This document shows positions 61,015 to 64,000 of a stretch of DNA of 64,000 bases, in pieces. Origin of the DNA: Chiloscyllium plagiosum (Eukaryota). Position 1 is the first letter of the stretch. The number at the start of each line of letters is the position of its first letter. Location of the stretch: assembly GCF_004010195.1 (NCBI RefSeq), contig NC_057718.1, forward strand, positions 65,782,770-65,846,769. Reading direction: 5' to 3'. The position numbers were made by a program, and so were the translations under genes. The notes under the pieces were generated by a model. It did not search any database and was not told the DNA's origin. It saw nothing but the letters and a program-made list of their open reading frames with translations.

Positions 61015-63300
61015 ATAGAATCATAGAGATGGTAAGCACGAAAACAGACCCTTCAGTCCAACCCGTCCATGCTGACTAGATATCCCAACCCAATCTAGTT
61101 CCACCTGCCAACACCTGGCCCTTATCCCTCCAACCCCTTCCTAATCACATACCCACCCAGATGCCTTTTAAATGTTGTAATTGTACCAGCCTCCACCTAA
61201 TTCCTCTGGCAGTCCATTCCACACGTACCACCCTCTGCATGAAAATGTTGTCCCTTAGGTCTCTTTTATATCTTTCCTCTCTCACCCTAAACCTATGCCC
61301 TCTAGTTCTGGACTCCCCAACCCCAGGGAAAAGACCTGGTCTATTTACCCCATCCATGCTCCTCATGATATTATAAACCTCTATAAGGTCACCCCTCAGC
61401 CTCCAACGCTCCAGGGAAAACAACCTTAGCTTATTTACCCTATCCCTGTAACTCAAATCCTCCAACCCTGGCAACAGCCTTGTAACTCTTTTCTGAACCC
61501 TTTCAAGTTTCACAATATCCTTCCAATAGGAAGGAGACCAGAATTGCATGCAATATTCCAACCAATGTCCTGTACTGCCACAACATGACCTCCCAACTCC
61601 TATACTCAATACTCTGATCAATAAAGGAAAGCATACCAAACATCTTCTTCACTATCCTATCTACCTGTGACTCCACTTTCAAGGAACTATGAACCTGCAC
61701 TCCAAGGTCTTCCCTAGGACCTTACCATGAAGTGTATAAGTCCTGCTAAGACTTGCTTTCCCAAAATGCAGCACCTCGCATTTATCTAAATTAAGCTCCA
61801 TCCTCCGCTCCTCAGCCCATTGGTTCATCTGGTCAAGATCCCGTTGTAATCTGAGGTAACCTTCTTCGCTGTCCACCACACCTCCAATTTTAGTGTCATT
61901 TGTAAATTTACTAACAATATCTCTTAAGGTCACACCCAAATCATTTACATAAATGACAAAAAGTAGTGGACCCAGCACCGAACATTCTGGCACTTCACTG
62001 GTCACAGGCCTCCAGTCTGACAAATAACCCTCCACTACCACCCTCTTGTCTTCTACCTCTAAGCCAGTTCTGTATCCAAATGGCTAGTCTCCCTGTATTC
62101 CATGAGATCTAACCTTGCTCACCAGTCTCCCATGAGGAACCTTGTCGAACACCTTACGGAAGTCCATATAGATCATGGTTACAGCTCTGTCCTCATCAAT
62201 CCTCTTTGTTACTACTTCAAAATCTCAATCAAGTTTGTGAGACATGATTTCCCACACATAAAGCCACGTTGACTATCCCTGATCAGTCCTTGCCTTTCCA
62301 AATACATGCACATTCTTCCCTCAGGATTCCCTCCAACAACTTGCACACCACGGACATCAATCTCACTGGTCTATAGTTCCCTGGCTTGTCCTTACCATCT
62401 TTCTTAGAGAGTGACACCATGTTAGCCAACCTCCAGTCTTCTGGCACCTTACCTGTGACTATCGATGATATAAATATCTCAGCAAGAGGCCCAGCAATCA
62501 CTTCCCTAGCTTCCCACACAGTTCGAGGGTACACCTAATCAGGTCCTGGGGATTTATCCACTTTTATATGTTTCAAGACATCCAACACTTCCTCCTCTGT
62601 AATCTGGACATTTTTCAAGGTGTCACCATCTATTTCCCTACATTCTATATCTTCCATATCCTTTTCCACAGTAAACACTGATGCACAATACTCATTTAGT
62701 ATTTCCCCCATTTCATGTGGGTCCACACAAAGCCTGCCTTGTTGACCTTTGAGGGGCCCTATTCTCTCCTTAATTATCATTTTGTCCTTAATGTATTTAT
62801 AAAAACCTTTTGGATTCTCCTTAACTCTATTTGCCAAAGCTATCTCATGTTCCCTTTTTGCCCTCCTGATTTCCCTCATAAATATACTCCTCCTGCCTTT
62901 ATACTCTTCTATGGATTCATTTGATCTATCCTGTCTACACCTGACATATGCTTCCTTCTTTTTCTTAACTGAGGCTTTAACTAAAGCCTCAGTTTTTTTA
63001 GTCACCCAGCATTCCCTATACCTACCAGCCTTCCCTTTCACCCTAACGGGAATATACTGTCTCTGGACTCTCGGTATCTCATTTCTGAAGGCTTCCCATT
63101 TTCCAACCATCCCTTTACCTGCAAACATCTGCCCCCAATCAGCCTTTGGAAGTTTTTGCCTAATACCGACAAAATTGGCCTTTCTCCAATTTAAAACTTC
63201 AACTTTTAGATCTGGTCTATCTTTTTCCATCACTATTTTAAAACTAATAGAATTATGGTCGCTGGCCCCAAAGCGCTCCCCCATTGACCCACCTCAGTCA
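61015..63300 (-). mobile_element. Young long CR1/HER1-type LINE ORF2 (APE end + RT), continuing past the PLE insertion
   Basis: ORFs 62535..63284 (SDHNSISF...DKSPGPD), 62283..62534, 61679..62041 (SVLGPLLFVIYVNDL) and 61145..61639. Confidence 0.93.
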
Positions 63301-63396
63301 GGTAACAACAATGACTGCAGATGCTGGAAACCAGATTTTGGATTAGTGGTGCTGGAAGAGCACAGCAGTTCAGGCAGCATCCAAGGAGCAGCAAAA

Positions 63397-63428
63397 TCGA
63401 CGTTTCGGGCAAAAGCCCTTCATCAGGA
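63397..63428 (-). ncRNA. Minimal type-I hammerhead ribozyme motif (apparently intact)
   Basis: Minus strand TC-CTGATGA-A-GGGC-tttt-GCCC-GAAA-CG-TC-GA. Confidence 0.78.
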
Positions 63429-63890
63429 ATAAAGGCAGAGAGCCTGAAGTGTGGAGAGATAAGCTAGAGGAGGGTGGGGGTGGGGATAGAGTAGCATAGA
63501 GTACAATAGGTCAGTGGGGGAGGAGATGAAGGTGGCCTTTGGAAGTTTTTGCCTAATACCGACAAAATTGGCCTTTCTCCAATTTAAAACTTCAACTTTT
63601 AGATCTGGTCTATCTTTTTCCATCACTATTTTAAAACTAATGGAATTATGGTCGCTGGCCCCAAAGCCCTCCCCCATTGACCCACCTCAGTCAGGTAACA
63701 ACAATGACTGTTGTTGGTCCATCCCTGACCATGTTGGTCCATGTCAGGGTCCATCCCTGACCTCCGCCCTCCTCCCTGACCTATCACCTTCATCACCTCC
63801 CCCACTCACCTATTGTACTCCATGCTACTTTCTCCCCATCCCCACCCTCCTCTAGCTTATCTCTCCACGCTTCAGGCTCTCTGCCTTTAT

Positions 63891-63923
63891 TCCTGATGAA
63901 GGGCTTTTTGCCCGAAACGTCGA
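63891..63923 (+). ncRNA. Minimal type-I hammerhead ribozyme motif (apparently intact)
   Basis: TC-CTGATGA-A-GGGC-ttttt-GCCC-GAAA-CG-TC-GA. Confidence 0.78.
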
Positions 63924-64000
63924 TTTTGCTGCTCCTCGGATGCTGCCTGAATTGCTGTGCTCTTCCAGCACCACTAATCCAAAATCCACCTCAGTCACCT

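Larger units (their letters stand above)
63301..63985. mobile_element. PLE foldback insertion with two intact hammerhead motifs and a captured copy of flanking DNA
   Basis: 12-bp TSD ccacctcagtca at 63289 and 63986. Arms about 63335-63534 and 63785-63987. Confidence 0.88.

Noticed and set aside
62535..63284. 249-aa ORF as a host gene
   Set aside because: It is CR1 ORF2 sequence broken by stops and frameshifts in adjacent segments.

Overview
Vertebrate nuclear DNA, very probably from a shark or other elasmobranch. This is inferred from HE1-type tRNA SINEs, HER1/CR1-type LINEs and abundant Penelope-like pseudo-LTRs; it is not prokaryotic. One host gene is supported: seven + strand coding exons (38903-60941) of IPCEF1 or the IPCEF1-like C-terminal half of a CNKSR3-IPCEF1 gene. 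They splice in frame through GT-AG introns and encode a PH domain. The rest is intron or intergenic DNA dominated by decayed CR1 LINEs, Penelope-like elements (PLEs), SINEs, Tx1 fragments, a solo LTR, Tigger-like MITEs and a decayed Harbinger transposase, with a 570-nt N gap. The most striking hidden signal is about 20 minimal type-I hammerhead-ribozyme motifs (CTGANGA-x-stem II-GAAA-palindrome-TH) in at least four PLE families. Their stems co-vary, and many sit in foldback insertions with clean target-site duplications (TSDs). Other oddities include a 169-bp inverted duplication just upstream of an IPCEF1 acceptor, three insertions bracketed by unusually long (65-176 bp) direct duplications, two PLEs stacked at one target site, and candidate upstream exons and promoters. 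Repeat boundaries are approximate unless a TSD is quoted. Family names come from recalled motifs, not from a database search.
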